Positions 55,649 through 64,000 of a stretch of 64,000 nt of DNA are shown in pieces. Numbering within the stretch: position 1 is the first letter of the stretch; every line of letters starts with the position of its first letter. Position numbers and translations under genes: made by a program. This DNA is from an uncultured Chitinophaga sp. (GTDB lineage: Bacteria > Bacteroidota > Bacteroidia > Chitinophagales > Chitinophagaceae). Below the pieces are notes generated by a model. The model had not been told where the DNA came from. It did no database searches and saw nothing but the letters and a program-made list of their open reading frames with translations. The stretch spans positions 77-64,076 of the forward strand of contig CAZFLL010000009.1 of NCBI GenBank assembly GCA_964519865.1, written 5' to 3'.

Positions 55649-56353
55649 ATGAACCCAATGAAAAACGTAATTTTCGTTTTATTATTATTTGCAGCAGTTT
55701 CCTGTCAGTCGCAGCCTGGCAATGCGGATACAAAGAATAGTCCCGATCAGTTTGAGCAAGGGATACAATCCGGCAATATACAGGTTCTGGATGTGCGTAA
55801 AGCCACCGAGTTTAAAACCGGTCATATAAAAAATGCCCTGCAGGCTGACTGGACCAATAAAGACCAGTTTTTTGACCGTATACAGTATGTGGACAAGGAC
55901 AGACCCGTTTATATTTATTGTATCGCGGGAGGGCGCAGTGCTGCAGCCGCTGAATGGATGAGAAGCAATGGGTATAAAACGGTAATCGAACTAAGCGGGG
56001 GACTGCTGGCCTGGAAGAATGCCGGGAAGCCGGTTGAAGGCAGCAGTAATGAAAAACAAATGACCCTGGAAGAATACCAGGCCTCTATTCCGGCCGGGAA
56101 TACGGTCCTGGTGGATTTTGGTGCTGAATGGTGCCCCCCCTGTGTAAAAATGGAGCCGGTACTGGCGGCCATCAAAAAAGACGCCTCCCTGAAATTTGAT
56201 TTCATTAAAATAGATGCGGGAATTCATAGTGAACTGATGAAAAGTATGAATATTGAATCCATTCCCGTGTTTATCGTTTATAAGAACGGTAAAGAAACCT
56301 GGCGTAAACAAGGACTGGTCAGCCAGGAAGAACTGAGTGCCCAGCTTAAATAA
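55649..56353 (+). CDS. Rhodanese-thioredoxin fusion lipoprotein
   Basis: Lipobox AVSC, LDVR...GHI, YCIAGGRS, DFGAEWCPPC. Confidence 0.9.
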   Translation: MNPMKNVIFVLLLFAAVSCQSQPGNADTKNSPDQFEQGIQSGNIQVLDVRKATEFKTGHIKNALQADWTNKDQFFDRIQYVDKDRPVYIYCIAGGRSAAAAEWMRSNGYKTVIELSGGLLAWKNAGKPVEGSSNEKQMTLEEYQASIPAGNTVLVDFGAEWCPPCVKMEPVLAAIKKDASLKFDFIKIDAGIHSELMKSMNIESIPVFIVYKNGKETWRKQGLVSQEELSAQLK

Positions 56354-56359
56354 ATTTTC

Positions 56360-57385
56360 ATGAAACGGATCCGGATATTTTTACTGCTGGGCCTGTTCAG
56401 CCCTCTTTGCTTTTTTGCGCAACACCCAACCGTGCAGGTACTGGACAGCGGAACGGTCACCAGTATCCGTGGATTGAGTGTGGTCAGTAACGAGGTCGTC
56501 TGGGTCAGCGGAAGCAAAGGAACAATCGGGCGCTCACTGGATGGCGGCCATACCTGGAAATGGTCCGTGGTCAAAGGATTTGAAAAAAATGATTTCAGGG
56601 ATATTGAAGCCTTTGATGCCAGTACGGCCATCATTATGAGTGTCGATGCCCCTGCTTATATTCTTAAAACCACTAATGGCGGGGACACCTGGAAAATCGT
56701 ATATGAAAGCAAGGCAAAGGGAATGTTCCTGGATGCCATGGAATTCTGGAATGATAAAGCCGGTATCGTGATCGGAGACCCGATTGATGGAAAATTTTTT
56801 GTCGCCCGTACTTTTGACGGTGGACAGAGCTGGCAGGAAATCCCGATGGATAAACGACCTGTGGCCGACAGCGGCGAAGCCTGTTTTGCAGCCAGTGGAA
56901 CCAATATCCGGGTCCTGGACCGGGATGAAGCCGTATTTGTAACCGGGGGTCTGCGTTCACGCCTGTTTACCCGGAAACCGCCTGTATTGTTACCCATGGT
57001 TCAGGGTAAAGAAACCACGGGGGCCAATTCAGTAACAGTATGGAACAACCGTAAAATGCAGGGTGGGCAGCGGCTGATCGTGGTGGGGGGTGATTTTAAT
57101 GAACCCGTTTCTGCCGTCAAAAACTGTTACTATTCCACAGACCGTGGCAAAACCTGGAAAGCGCCTGTCACACCGCCACATGGATATCGAAGTTGCGTCG
57201 AGTATATATCCATGCAAAAAGCCATCAGTTGCGGTTTAACCGGGGTGGATATCACCTATGACGGGGGCCGTAACTGGATATGGATCAGTAAGGAAGGTTT
57301 TCATGTTTGCCGGAAAGCCAAAAACGGGGAGGCTATTTTTTTTGCAGGAAATAGCGGAAAAATCGCTAAGATTGTGTGGGAGTAA
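56360..57385 (+). CDS. YCF48/BNR-repeat beta-propeller protein
   Basis: SLDGGHTW, TTNGGDTW, TFDGGQSW, STDRGKTW, TYDGGRNW Asp-box repeats. Confidence 0.88.
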   Translation: MKRIRIFLLLGLFSPLCFFAQHPTVQVLDSGTVTSIRGLSVVSNEVVWVSGSKGTIGRSLDGGHTWKWSVVKGFEKNDFRDIEAFDASTAIIMSVDAPAYILKTTNGGDTWKIVYESKAKGMFLDAMEFWNDKAGIVIGDPIDGKFFVARTFDGGQSWQEIPMDKRPVADSGEACFAASGTNIRVLDRDEAVFVTGGLRSRLFTRKPPVLLPMVQGKETTGANSVTVWNNRKMQGGQRLIVVGGDFNEPVSAVKNCYYSTDRGKTWKAPVTPPHGYRSCVEYISMQKAISCGLTGVDITYDGGRNWIWISKEGFHVCRKAKNGEAIFFAGNSGKIAKIVWE

Positions 57386-57406
57386 TTCCCCTGCAAACCT
57401 TTACCT

Positions 57407-58084
57407 GTGTTTAAAAAATTCCTGCAACAGCTCCGCTGGAAAAAACTGGCCCGTCAACTCCGTAAACCGGAAGGCCGTAGTGGTATGGAAGTCGCTCTCC
57501 GGATGAATGCCGCCAATGAATTTCTCTACGATTTTACCCTCGATGAAATGCTGGTCACCAATAACCAATCTATCCTTGAAATCGGGTTTGGAAATGGTAA
57601 ATTCTTTTATAAACAATTTAACCGGGCCGATAATTTACGGGTGACCGGGATGGATATTTCAGACGATATGATCCGTGCAGCCCATGCCCATAACCAGGAT
57701 TACCTGCAACAGGGGCTGCTGACATTGGTTAAAGGACAGAGTAATAAAATGCCCTTCCCTGATTCAAGTTTTGATAATGTTTTTTGCATAAATGTGGCTT
57801 ATTTCTGGGAAGAACCCCAGGATCACCTGATGGAAATATTCAGGGTATTGAAAACCGGCGGACGGTTTTATACCACGATCCGGACCCCTGAAAGTATGGC
57901 CAGGATGCCTTTCACCCAGTTTGGATTCAGGAGCTTTACCGAAGAAGAATGGAAATTACTTTGCCACCTGAATAATCTGTCCTTTATCCGCTCATCGGTT
58001 GTGCATGAACCGGATCTTCCCGGCCCGGGAAGCCTGAGCGGCATCCGGTCATTGTGCCTTGTAGCGGAGAAAAGACAATTATAA
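57407..58084 (+). CDS. Class I SAM-dependent methyltransferase
   Basis: ILEIGFGNG, GMDIS, MPFPDSSFD, VLKTGG. Confidence 0.9.
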   Translation: MFKKFLQQLRWKKLARQLRKPEGRSGMEVALRMNAANEFLYDFTLDEMLVTNNQSILEIGFGNGKFFYKQFNRADNLRVTGMDISDDMIRAAHAHNQDYLQQGLLTLVKGQSNKMPFPDSSFDNVFCINVAYFWEEPQDHLMEIFRVLKTGGRFYTTIRTPESMARMPFTQFGFRSFTEEEWKLLCHLNNLSFIRSSVVHEPDLPGPGSLSGIRSLCLVAEKRQL

Positions 58085-58663
58085 ATTAGCGAGTATATCT
58101 TTTATACTGGGCCTTTTCCTGTAATCGGCATCGAAGAAACGATAGGTAACAGTAGATTCCTTGTCGATAATATAAACAGCAGGCACGGGGAGGAATTTAC
58201 CATTCGGGCCGTTATTTTTCTCGATATCAAGTCCGCTGCTGCGGTAACGGGCCAGTGTGGTTTCCTCCACTTCATATTCCACATCATATCCTTTCATGAT
58301 CTTCAGGCCTTCATCATACAGTACAGGGTAACCGGCTTTTGCTTTTTCCACCGTCTGTTTTATATTTTCAGGTTTCTCCGGTGATACAGCCACCACCGTT
58401 GCCCCTTTTTCCTGGATCAGTGCCAAAGAATCCTGCAGCCGGGACAATTCCCGGTTGCAATACGGACACCAATAACCCCTGTAAAAGACCAACACCACCT
58501 TCCCCTTCTTCAGCAGGTCTTTCAACCTTACCTCTTTACCGTCCTGGTCCTTTGCCTTAAAATCAGGGGCTTTGGAACCGATAAAAAGACCCTCCGGTTT
58601 TTCCTGGGCACCGGCCAGTAAGAGGGAGAAAATCAATGTCAGGAAAAAAAAGGCTTTTTTCAT
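58079..58663 (-). CDS. Exported AhpC/TSA peroxiredoxin-like protein
   Basis: APDF, FYRGYWCPYCN, PVPAVYIID. Confidence 0.9.
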   Translation of the reverse strand: MKKAFFFLTLIFSLLLAGAQEKPEGLFIGSKAPDFKAKDQDGKEVRLKDLLKKGKVVLVFYRGYWCPYCNRELSRLQDSLALIQEKGATVVAVSPEKPENIKQTVEKAKAGYPVLYDEGLKIMKGYDVEYEVEETTLARYRSSGLDIEKNNGPNGKFLPVPAVYIIDKESTVTYRFFDADYRKRPSIKDILANL

Positions 58664-58789
58664 ATAATCACAGATTTCACAACCAAAAATAAGTACTACT
58701 TTACGAAATGGCCAGCCTCATTTTCACATTAACAGAAGATTATTTTTTCTTAATTTTGACCACCTTACAATCCTAAAAATTTACGTTGT

Positions 58790-59065
58790 ATGCCAGGCTC
58801 CAGTTCTAATTCCCATTCTGAAAAGTACTATTCACAGGTATTGATCGGTTTTGCCTCACTTATCGCCTTTGTATTGGTGACCTTCTATGCCATCTTCGAA
58901 TTAAAGGCCACTAAAAACTGGTACTTCTGGGCAGGGATTGCCGGCTTTCTCCTGATTGCAGGTATCTATTTTTGCCTCAGTGCCTTTGTTCATAAGATCA
59001 AGTCTGATTTCAACCGCCGGGCCAAACAACGGGAGCAGCACAAAACCTTTATGGCAGATAATTGA
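58790..59065 (+). CDS. Small two-TM membrane protein
   Basis: Two hydrophobic helices and a basic C-terminus. Confidence 0.7.
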   Translation: MPGSSSNSHSEKYYSQVLIGFASLIAFVLVTFYAIFELKATKNWYFWAGIAGFLLIAGIYFCLSAFVHKIKSDFNRRAKQREQHKTFMADN

Positions 59066-59072
59066 TCGCCGT

Positions 59073-59411
59073 TTATACCGGCTGCTTACTGAACATCAGG
59101 TAAGCCGCTCCCAACAACAATACAAAGCTGGCCAGGTAACGCCAATGGAAAGGTTCTTTCATGACCCATACGGCAAATCCGCAAAATACCAGCAGGGTAA
59201 TCACTTCCTGGATCATCTTTAACTGGAATAAATTGAATCCTTCCAGTTTCCCGTAACGATTGGCCGGTACCATCAGGCAATACTCAAAAAAGGCGATCAG
59301 CCAGCTGATCAGGATCGCTTTCCACAATGGCCATCCCTGCTGCTTCAGGTGATAATACCAGGCAAAAGTCATAAACACATTCGAGGCAAAAAGTAAAACA
59401 ATTGTACGCAT
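59073..59411 (-). CDS. DMT-superfamily small membrane protein (DUF486-like; start MRTIV)
   Basis: SNVFMTFAWY-HLK, SWLIAFFEY, VPANR-G, LKMIQEVITL. Confidence 0.88.
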   Translation of the reverse strand: MRTIVLLFASNVFMTFAWYYHLKQQGWPLWKAILISWLIAFFEYCLMVPANRYGKLEGFNLFQLKMIQEVITLLVFCGFAVWVMKEPFHWRYLASFVLLLGAAYLMFSKQPV

Positions 59412-59540
59412 TGGTTTATTGTTATATAGAACGATAATCAACTACAAATAAAAAAACATCAAGAATTACTGAAAATTCATTGATGCTTTTAACTTCTTAA
59501 ACCCGGACCCCAGGGGTACAGACTAATCAGCTTAGAAGGA

Positions 59541-59566
59541 ACTACTAACTACAAACTAGTAACTAA
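59541..59566. repeat. Third copy (minus strand) of the GTTTGTAGTTAGTAG tract, directly after the smc stop
   Basis: ctactaactacaaac at 59542-59556. Confidence 0.75.
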
Positions 59567-62500
59567 TTCTGTGCTGTTTTAATATTCCTGAAATCCACCG
59601 GTACCAGTTTACTCACACCCGGTTCCTGCATGGTTACCCCGTAAATTACATCCACCGTACTCATGGTCATTTTATTGTGCGTGACAATGATAAACTGTGA
59701 GTTATCACTGAACTGGCGTATCATATTGGTGAATTTGCTGACATTGGCATCATCCAGCGGGGCATCCACCTCATCCAGGATACAGAACGGGGCGGGCTTG
59801 ATCAGGTAGATCGCAAAGAGCAGGGCCGTGGCGGTCAGGGTTCTTTCTCCCCCGCTGAGCTGGGTAAGTGATGAAGGACGCTTCCCTTTAGGCTTGGCCA
59901 CCACATCAATACCACTGTCGGCCAGGTTCTCCGGGTTCTCCAGTACCAGGTCGGCCTGGTCATCTTCCGTAAATAATGTTTTAAATACTTTCTGGAAATT
60001 TTCCCTGACCTGGTGGAAGGTGTCCAGGAATTTCTGGTTGGCTGTCGCTTCCACTTCCTCGATCGTTTTCAACAGGCTGTCCTTGGCATTCACCAGGTCC
60101 GTCTTTTGCTCCACGATGAAGTCATATCTTTTTTTCATCTCCGTAAATGCTTCGATCGCCGTGGGATTTACTTCTCCCAGGTTCTCGAGGCGTTTCTTCA
60201 TACGGTCCGCTTTTTCCTGCAATTCCTCCACCGGCACTTCACCGCTGCGTGATTCTCCCAGGATATCCTCAAGATTGATCCGGAATTCCACATTCAGCCT
60301 TTCTTTCATACCTGCCAGCTGGAGTTTCAGTTCGTTCAGTTTATCCTTGATCGCCGCAAGCAGGTATTCCACCTGTTCCTTGTCTTTCACCTGGTGGCGG
60401 ATCTCACTTTCCTTTTCACTCAGCTGGTTCCTGAAATTATAATAGGCCTGGTCCGCTTCATTCAGGCTGCGTTCTTCTTCTTCTTTTCTCCTGAGTAATT
60501 CCAGTAATGCGTCTTCTATATCTTTCAGTGATTGGGCGGATAGTTCAATATTACTGCGCGTATCGGCGAGGTGACTGGTATTGCTTTCGATCTGCTGGTG
60601 CAGGTCATTCAGCTGGTTATTTTTAAAATCCAGTTCCTGTTTCAGTCCGCTGATCTTGCTTTGCTGTTTGGTCACATTCAGGTTAAACTCGTTGTACTGC
60701 CGGCTCGCTTCATTGTAATCCGATTCGGTTACCCTGAATGCTTCCTCTGCTTCGGCCAGTTTAGCCGAGTTGGCCTGCAATTGCTCATTCAAAATGCCCA
60801 ACTGGTTCCGTACATCCTCCACGGAGATATGGGTCTGCTGCATCTGCCCGTTCAGTTCCTCGAGCCGGTGCTGGCTGCTGGCCTGCATTCCATGCAGGTT
60901 TTCCAGTTTATTCTGCAGGGCAAAAACCTCATTCGTCAGTTGCTGGATCTCTCTTTCCGTCTCGCGGATGGCCGATTCACGGAGATCTTCATTAAAGGCG
61001 ATCACTTCATTGTGACGGGCCTGAATATCCGCGCGGAGTGCTTCCACCACCCCATCCTGGATGATGATCTCTTCCTGCAGTTTCTCCAGGTTTTTCGCAC
61101 GGCCGATTTTCTTTCCTTCAATCATACCCACACTTCCACCGGTGAGTGAGTATTTCCCTTTCACATACTTCCCGTGTTTCTCAATCACCACGAACCCGTT
61201 GCTGTTCTGCAGGGCATCTTCACTGTCGGCAATAAAAACATTACCCAGCAGGTGTTCAGCCAGCTTGCGGTATTTATCCTCCACTTCCACCACACTCAGT
61301 GCCGGTATAGCACCTTCCAGCTGGTGAGCCGCAATACCACTGGCCCCATCGTTTACTTTATCCAGCAGGAAGAAATTGGCTTTTCCTTTTTTATTTTCAT
61401 CCAGCAGGTGTACGGCCTGTAATCCTTCCTGGAGACTATTCACCACATAATAACTGAGGTAGGGCTCCAGCACATTCTCCAGGGCAGTGCGGTATTCTTC
61501 ATTCACGTACAATACATCGGAAAGTATGGGGGCATTGTGATTCCAGCTGCTGTTATTGTGCAGGAACTTTACGGAATCCGGGTATCCCTCCATGGAGTCG
61601 ATCATGCTTTTCAGCAGGTCATGTTCATTCTTCCGGGCATCCAGTTTACGGGTTTCATCAGCCAGGTTGTTCCGGAGTCCATCCAGTACAGCCTGGGTTT
61701 GTAATATCTGTTCACGGGTATATTCCTGGTGCTGTTGCAGCTGATCCAGGTCCACTTTCTTTATTCCCAGTTCCTTTTCCTTGAGCTGGCGGTCATTGTC
61801 AATATGATGACGTTGCTCTTCCCGTTGTACCCGCTCTTCTTCGATCTGGTGAATGACCCGTTGCAGGTTCTGCACCGAGGTATCCGCCACGGCCACTTTT
61901 TTCTCGGCTTCAAACTGGTTGCGCTGGATCTGCTGGTATTCGGCACGGAGACTATCCAGCATCCGGCGTTTTTCATCCAGTATCTCCCGTTTGGCACTGA
62001 CTTCATTATTAAAACGGGCCAGTTGCTCACTCAGCATTTCCAGGCTTTTCTCTTCATCGGTTACCTGCAGGGAAGTGAAGCCGATACTTTCTTCAATGCC
62101 TTTGAGCTGCCCTTCCGCTTTCAGCAGGAATTCATGGAGACTGCCTTCTTTTTCATGGAGGTGCTCAAGACGCTGGGCTGCAAGGTTCTTGTCATTCTCT
62201 TTACCACGCACGGTCTGCAGCATATCATTGAACGCATGCTGCATGGACTGCAACTGTCTTTCTTTTTCTACAAAAGCCAGTTTCTCCTGTTCCAGTTCCG
62301 CTTCCCGGGTACCTATCTCCGCTTCCAGCCGGTGTTTTTTATCCGTCTCGATGTCCTGCTGCTCATTGAGTTCTTTGTAGGAAAGATTAAATCCTTCGAG
62401 GGAGGCTTTTGCCAGTTCAATACTGATCTCGCGGTAATCCTTTTTAATCTCGTGGTATTTCTCTGCTTTTTTAGCCTGGCTTTCCAGTGCCTTCAGCTGG

Positions 62501-63099
62501 TTATTGATTTCAAAAAGCAGGTCTTCAATACGGGCCAGGTCTGATTCCGTGGCTTCGAGTTTTTGTTTGGCCTCTTTCTTCCTCGTTTTGTAAATCGAAA
62601 TACCTGCCGCCTGTTCCAGCATTTTACGGCGGCTGTTGTCTTTGTCCTTGATCAGGTCATCCACCATGTCGAGGGCGATGATCGCATAACTGTCGGTGCT
62701 GATACCGGTATCGAGAAACAGGTTCTGAATATCTTTCAGGCGGCATTGCACATCATTCAGCCGGTATTCACTTTCCCCGCTTTTATAAAATTTACGGGTT
62801 ACAGTAACGGTACTGAATTCAGTCGGTAACAGGTTGCGTGTATTTTCAAAAGTCAGGCTTACTTCCGCCAGCCCGCTTGCACTCCGGGTCTTTGATCCGT
62901 TAAATACCAGGCTGTCCAGGTTTTCACTCCGGAGCTGACTGATCTTTTGTTCACCGATCACCCAACGGATACTGTCCACAATATTCGATTTACCACATCC
63001 GTTCGGTCCGACGATACCGGTAATGTTATCGTCAAAATTCACCACGGTCTTGTCGGCAAAGCTCTTAAAGCCCTTGATTTCTAAACTCTTTAATCTCAC
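59563..63099 (-). CDS. smc: Chromosome segregation ATPase SMC
   Basis: GPNGCGKSN, long coiled coils, hinge GGS, LSGGE, LDEVDAPLD, VTH. Confidence 0.98.
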   Translation of the reverse strand: MRLKSLEIKGFKSFADKTVVNFDDNITGIVGPNGCGKSNIVDSIRWVIGEQKISQLRSENLDSLVFNGSKTRSASGLAEVSLTFENTRNLLPTEFSTVTVTRKFYKSGESEYRLNDVQCRLKDIQNLFLDTGISTDSYAIIALDMVDDLIKDKDNSRRKMLEQAAGISIYKTRKKEAKQKLEATESDLARIEDLLFEINNQLKALESQAKKAEKYHEIKKDYREISIELAKASLEGFNLSYKELNEQQDIETDKKHRLEAEIGTREAELEQEKLAFVEKERQLQSMQHAFNDMLQTVRGKENDKNLAAQRLEHLHEKEGSLHEFLLKAEGQLKGIEESIGFTSLQVTDEEKSLEMLSEQLARFNNEVSAKREILDEKRRMLDSLRAEYQQIQRNQFEAEKKVAVADTSVQNLQRVIHQIEEERVQREEQRHHIDNDRQLKEKELGIKKVDLDQLQQHQEYTREQILQTQAVLDGLRNNLADETRKLDARKNEHDLLKSMIDSMEGYPDSVKFLHNNSSWNHNAPILSDVLYVNEEYRTALENVLEPYLSYYVVNSLQEGLQAVHLLDENKKGKANFFLLDKVNDGASGIAAHQLEGAIPALSVVEVEDKYRKLAEHLLGNVFIADSEDALQNSNGFVVIEKHGKYVKGKYSLTGGSVGMIEGKKIGRAKNLEKLQEEIIIQDGVVEALRADIQARHNEVIAFNEDLRESAIRETEREIQQLTNEVFALQNKLENLHGMQASSQHRLEELNGQMQQTHISVEDVRNQLGILNEQLQANSAKLAEAEEAFRVTESDYNEASRQYNEFNLNVTKQQSKISGLKQELDFKNNQLNDLHQQIESNTSHLADTRSNIELSAQSLKDIEDALLELLRRKEEEERSLNEADQAYYNFRNQLSEKESEIRHQVKDKEQVEYLLAAIKDKLNELKLQLAGMKERLNVEFRINLEDILGESRSGEVPVEELQEKADRMKKRLENLGEVNPTAIEAFTEMKKRYDFIVEQKTDLVNAKDSLLKTIEEVEATANQKFLDTFHQVRENFQKVFKTLFTEDDQADLVLENPENLADSGIDVVAKPKGKRPSSLTQLSGGERTLTATALLFAIYLIKPAPFCILDEVDAPLDDANVSKFTNMIRQFSDNSQFIIVTHNKMTMSTVDVIYGVTMQEPGVSKLVPVDFRNIKTAQN

Positions 63100-63180
63100 G
63101 GTTTACTTTTTAATTTCGGGTTAAGTCAGGCGGCGAATTTAAGCCAAAGGCGGATAAAACAAGGGACGGTCCGGGGGCAG

Positions 63181-63189
63181 TTATTCACA
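63181..63189 (+). promoter_or_regulatory. DnaA-box-like motif upstream of smc
   Basis: TTATTCACA. Confidence 0.45.
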
Positions 63190-63334
63190 ATAGAAAAGGA
63201 AAAATGTGGGAAGATTTTTTGAGTCACAAACCGGGGACAAACCTCATCAGGCCTCCTGAATCCGAAGCAGTTTTATATGGCAATCCGCATGCCAGATGCC
63301 ATCGCTTTATCCTACTTTTAGCGAAAGAATCAGT

Positions 63335-64000
63335 ATGAAAGGGATAAGAGCTCTCGTGTACCTGGTCCTGGCCCTGCCATTTGCCTGCAGTCCGGCAAAA
63401 AAAGCCACTGGCCTGAACCGGGTGGTTGTCTGGCAACCCTCCCACCAAACCGATACCGGCAAGGATTTCAGTGAAGCAGCCACCTGTAATGCCATTGTGG
63501 AAGCGGCCATGGGTACAGAACCCGGGTTGAAGGAGTACAAGGTATGGAGCCTGGGAAAAACGGACTATCACCATGCCGATTCGGGGAGTAACACAAAGAT
63601 CCTGCATACCACAGCTGTGCTGGATGGTAAAATTTCAGGGTATGCCTATGAACTGAAGGCCTCCAATCAGAAAAAACCGGGGGTCTTTATAGCCGTGCAT
63701 AACAACGGGGGCACCAAGAGAAATGCGGTCTGGGGCTATATCCACTATGGTGATCCCAATGAAGCCGCTAACCGGGAACTGGCTGCCCGCCTCGTAAAGG
63801 CCATTTGTGCTGTTTCAGGAATGGAAGACCGTGGCGTATTGCTGGACAGTACCACCGGCCGGAATGACTACCGTTGTGCGGCCACCGGAAAACTCAGTTT
63901 CTACAGCCTGGATGAAAATGTCAATACGGCCCCGTATCGTGTTTTACTCGAAATCGGGGATAATGCTGCCAGCCGGGCAATCCTGACCGATCCGGTAAAA
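63335..64000 (+). CDS. Divergent N-acetylmuramoyl-L-alanine amidase (Amidase_3-like) lipoprotein, runs off the right edge
   Basis: Hand translation: MKGIRALVYLVLALPFAC...VVWQPSH...SE...FIAVHNNGG...VLLEIG; not in the ORF track. Confidence 0.72.
   Translation, partial: MKGIRALVYLVLALPFACSPAKKATGLNRVVVWQPSHQTDTGKDFSEAATCNAIVEAAMGTEPGLKEYKVWSLGKTDYHHADSGSNTKILHTTAVLDGKISGYAYELKASNQKKPGVFIAVHNNGGTKRNAVWGYIHYGDPNEAANRELAARLVKAICAVSGMEDRGVLLDSTTGRNDYRCAATGKLSFYSLDENVNTAPYRVLLEIGDNAASRAILTDPVK

Noticed and set aside
58079-58084. Convergent overlaps (ttataa shared stops here; 11 nt at dnaG/CYTH)
   Set aside because: Short tail-to-tail overlaps are common in compact genomes.
63224-63607. 127-aa + strand ORF from the track
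   Set aside because: It overlaps, in another frame, the better-supported amidase-like ORF starting at 63335.

Overview
A 64 kb chromosomal backbone segment from a Bacteroidota bacterium, most likely Chitinophagaceae. The assignment rests on many TAnnTTTG (-7) promoters, A-rich translation starts without Shine-Dalgarno sites, and the gene repertoire. It is mostly housekeeping: an EF-G paralogue, dnaG, plsY, prmA, rpsO-pnp, miaE, galM, rlmB, metK, panC/panB, ppk1-ppx, accD, smpB, parE/parC, tRNA-Lys(CTT) and smc, plus several envelope proteases and lipoproteins. I see no prophage, IS, integrase or CRISPR array. The best candidate for an undescribed system is the four-gene locus at 16792-20805. 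There a BetR-type HTH regulator sits divergent from an exported protein with a caspase/clan-CD-like His-Cys dyad, a small outer-membrane beta-barrel and a serine-hydrolase lipoprotein. Other signals are dispersed strand-biased heptamer tracts, one interrupted by a clean 20-bp palindrome, and DnaA-box motifs upstream of parE and smc. There is also no panD after panC, a cytochrome-c-like lipoprotein with CX5CH, and a divergent amidase at the right edge that the ORF track missed. All family calls are by motif recognition; no searches were run.
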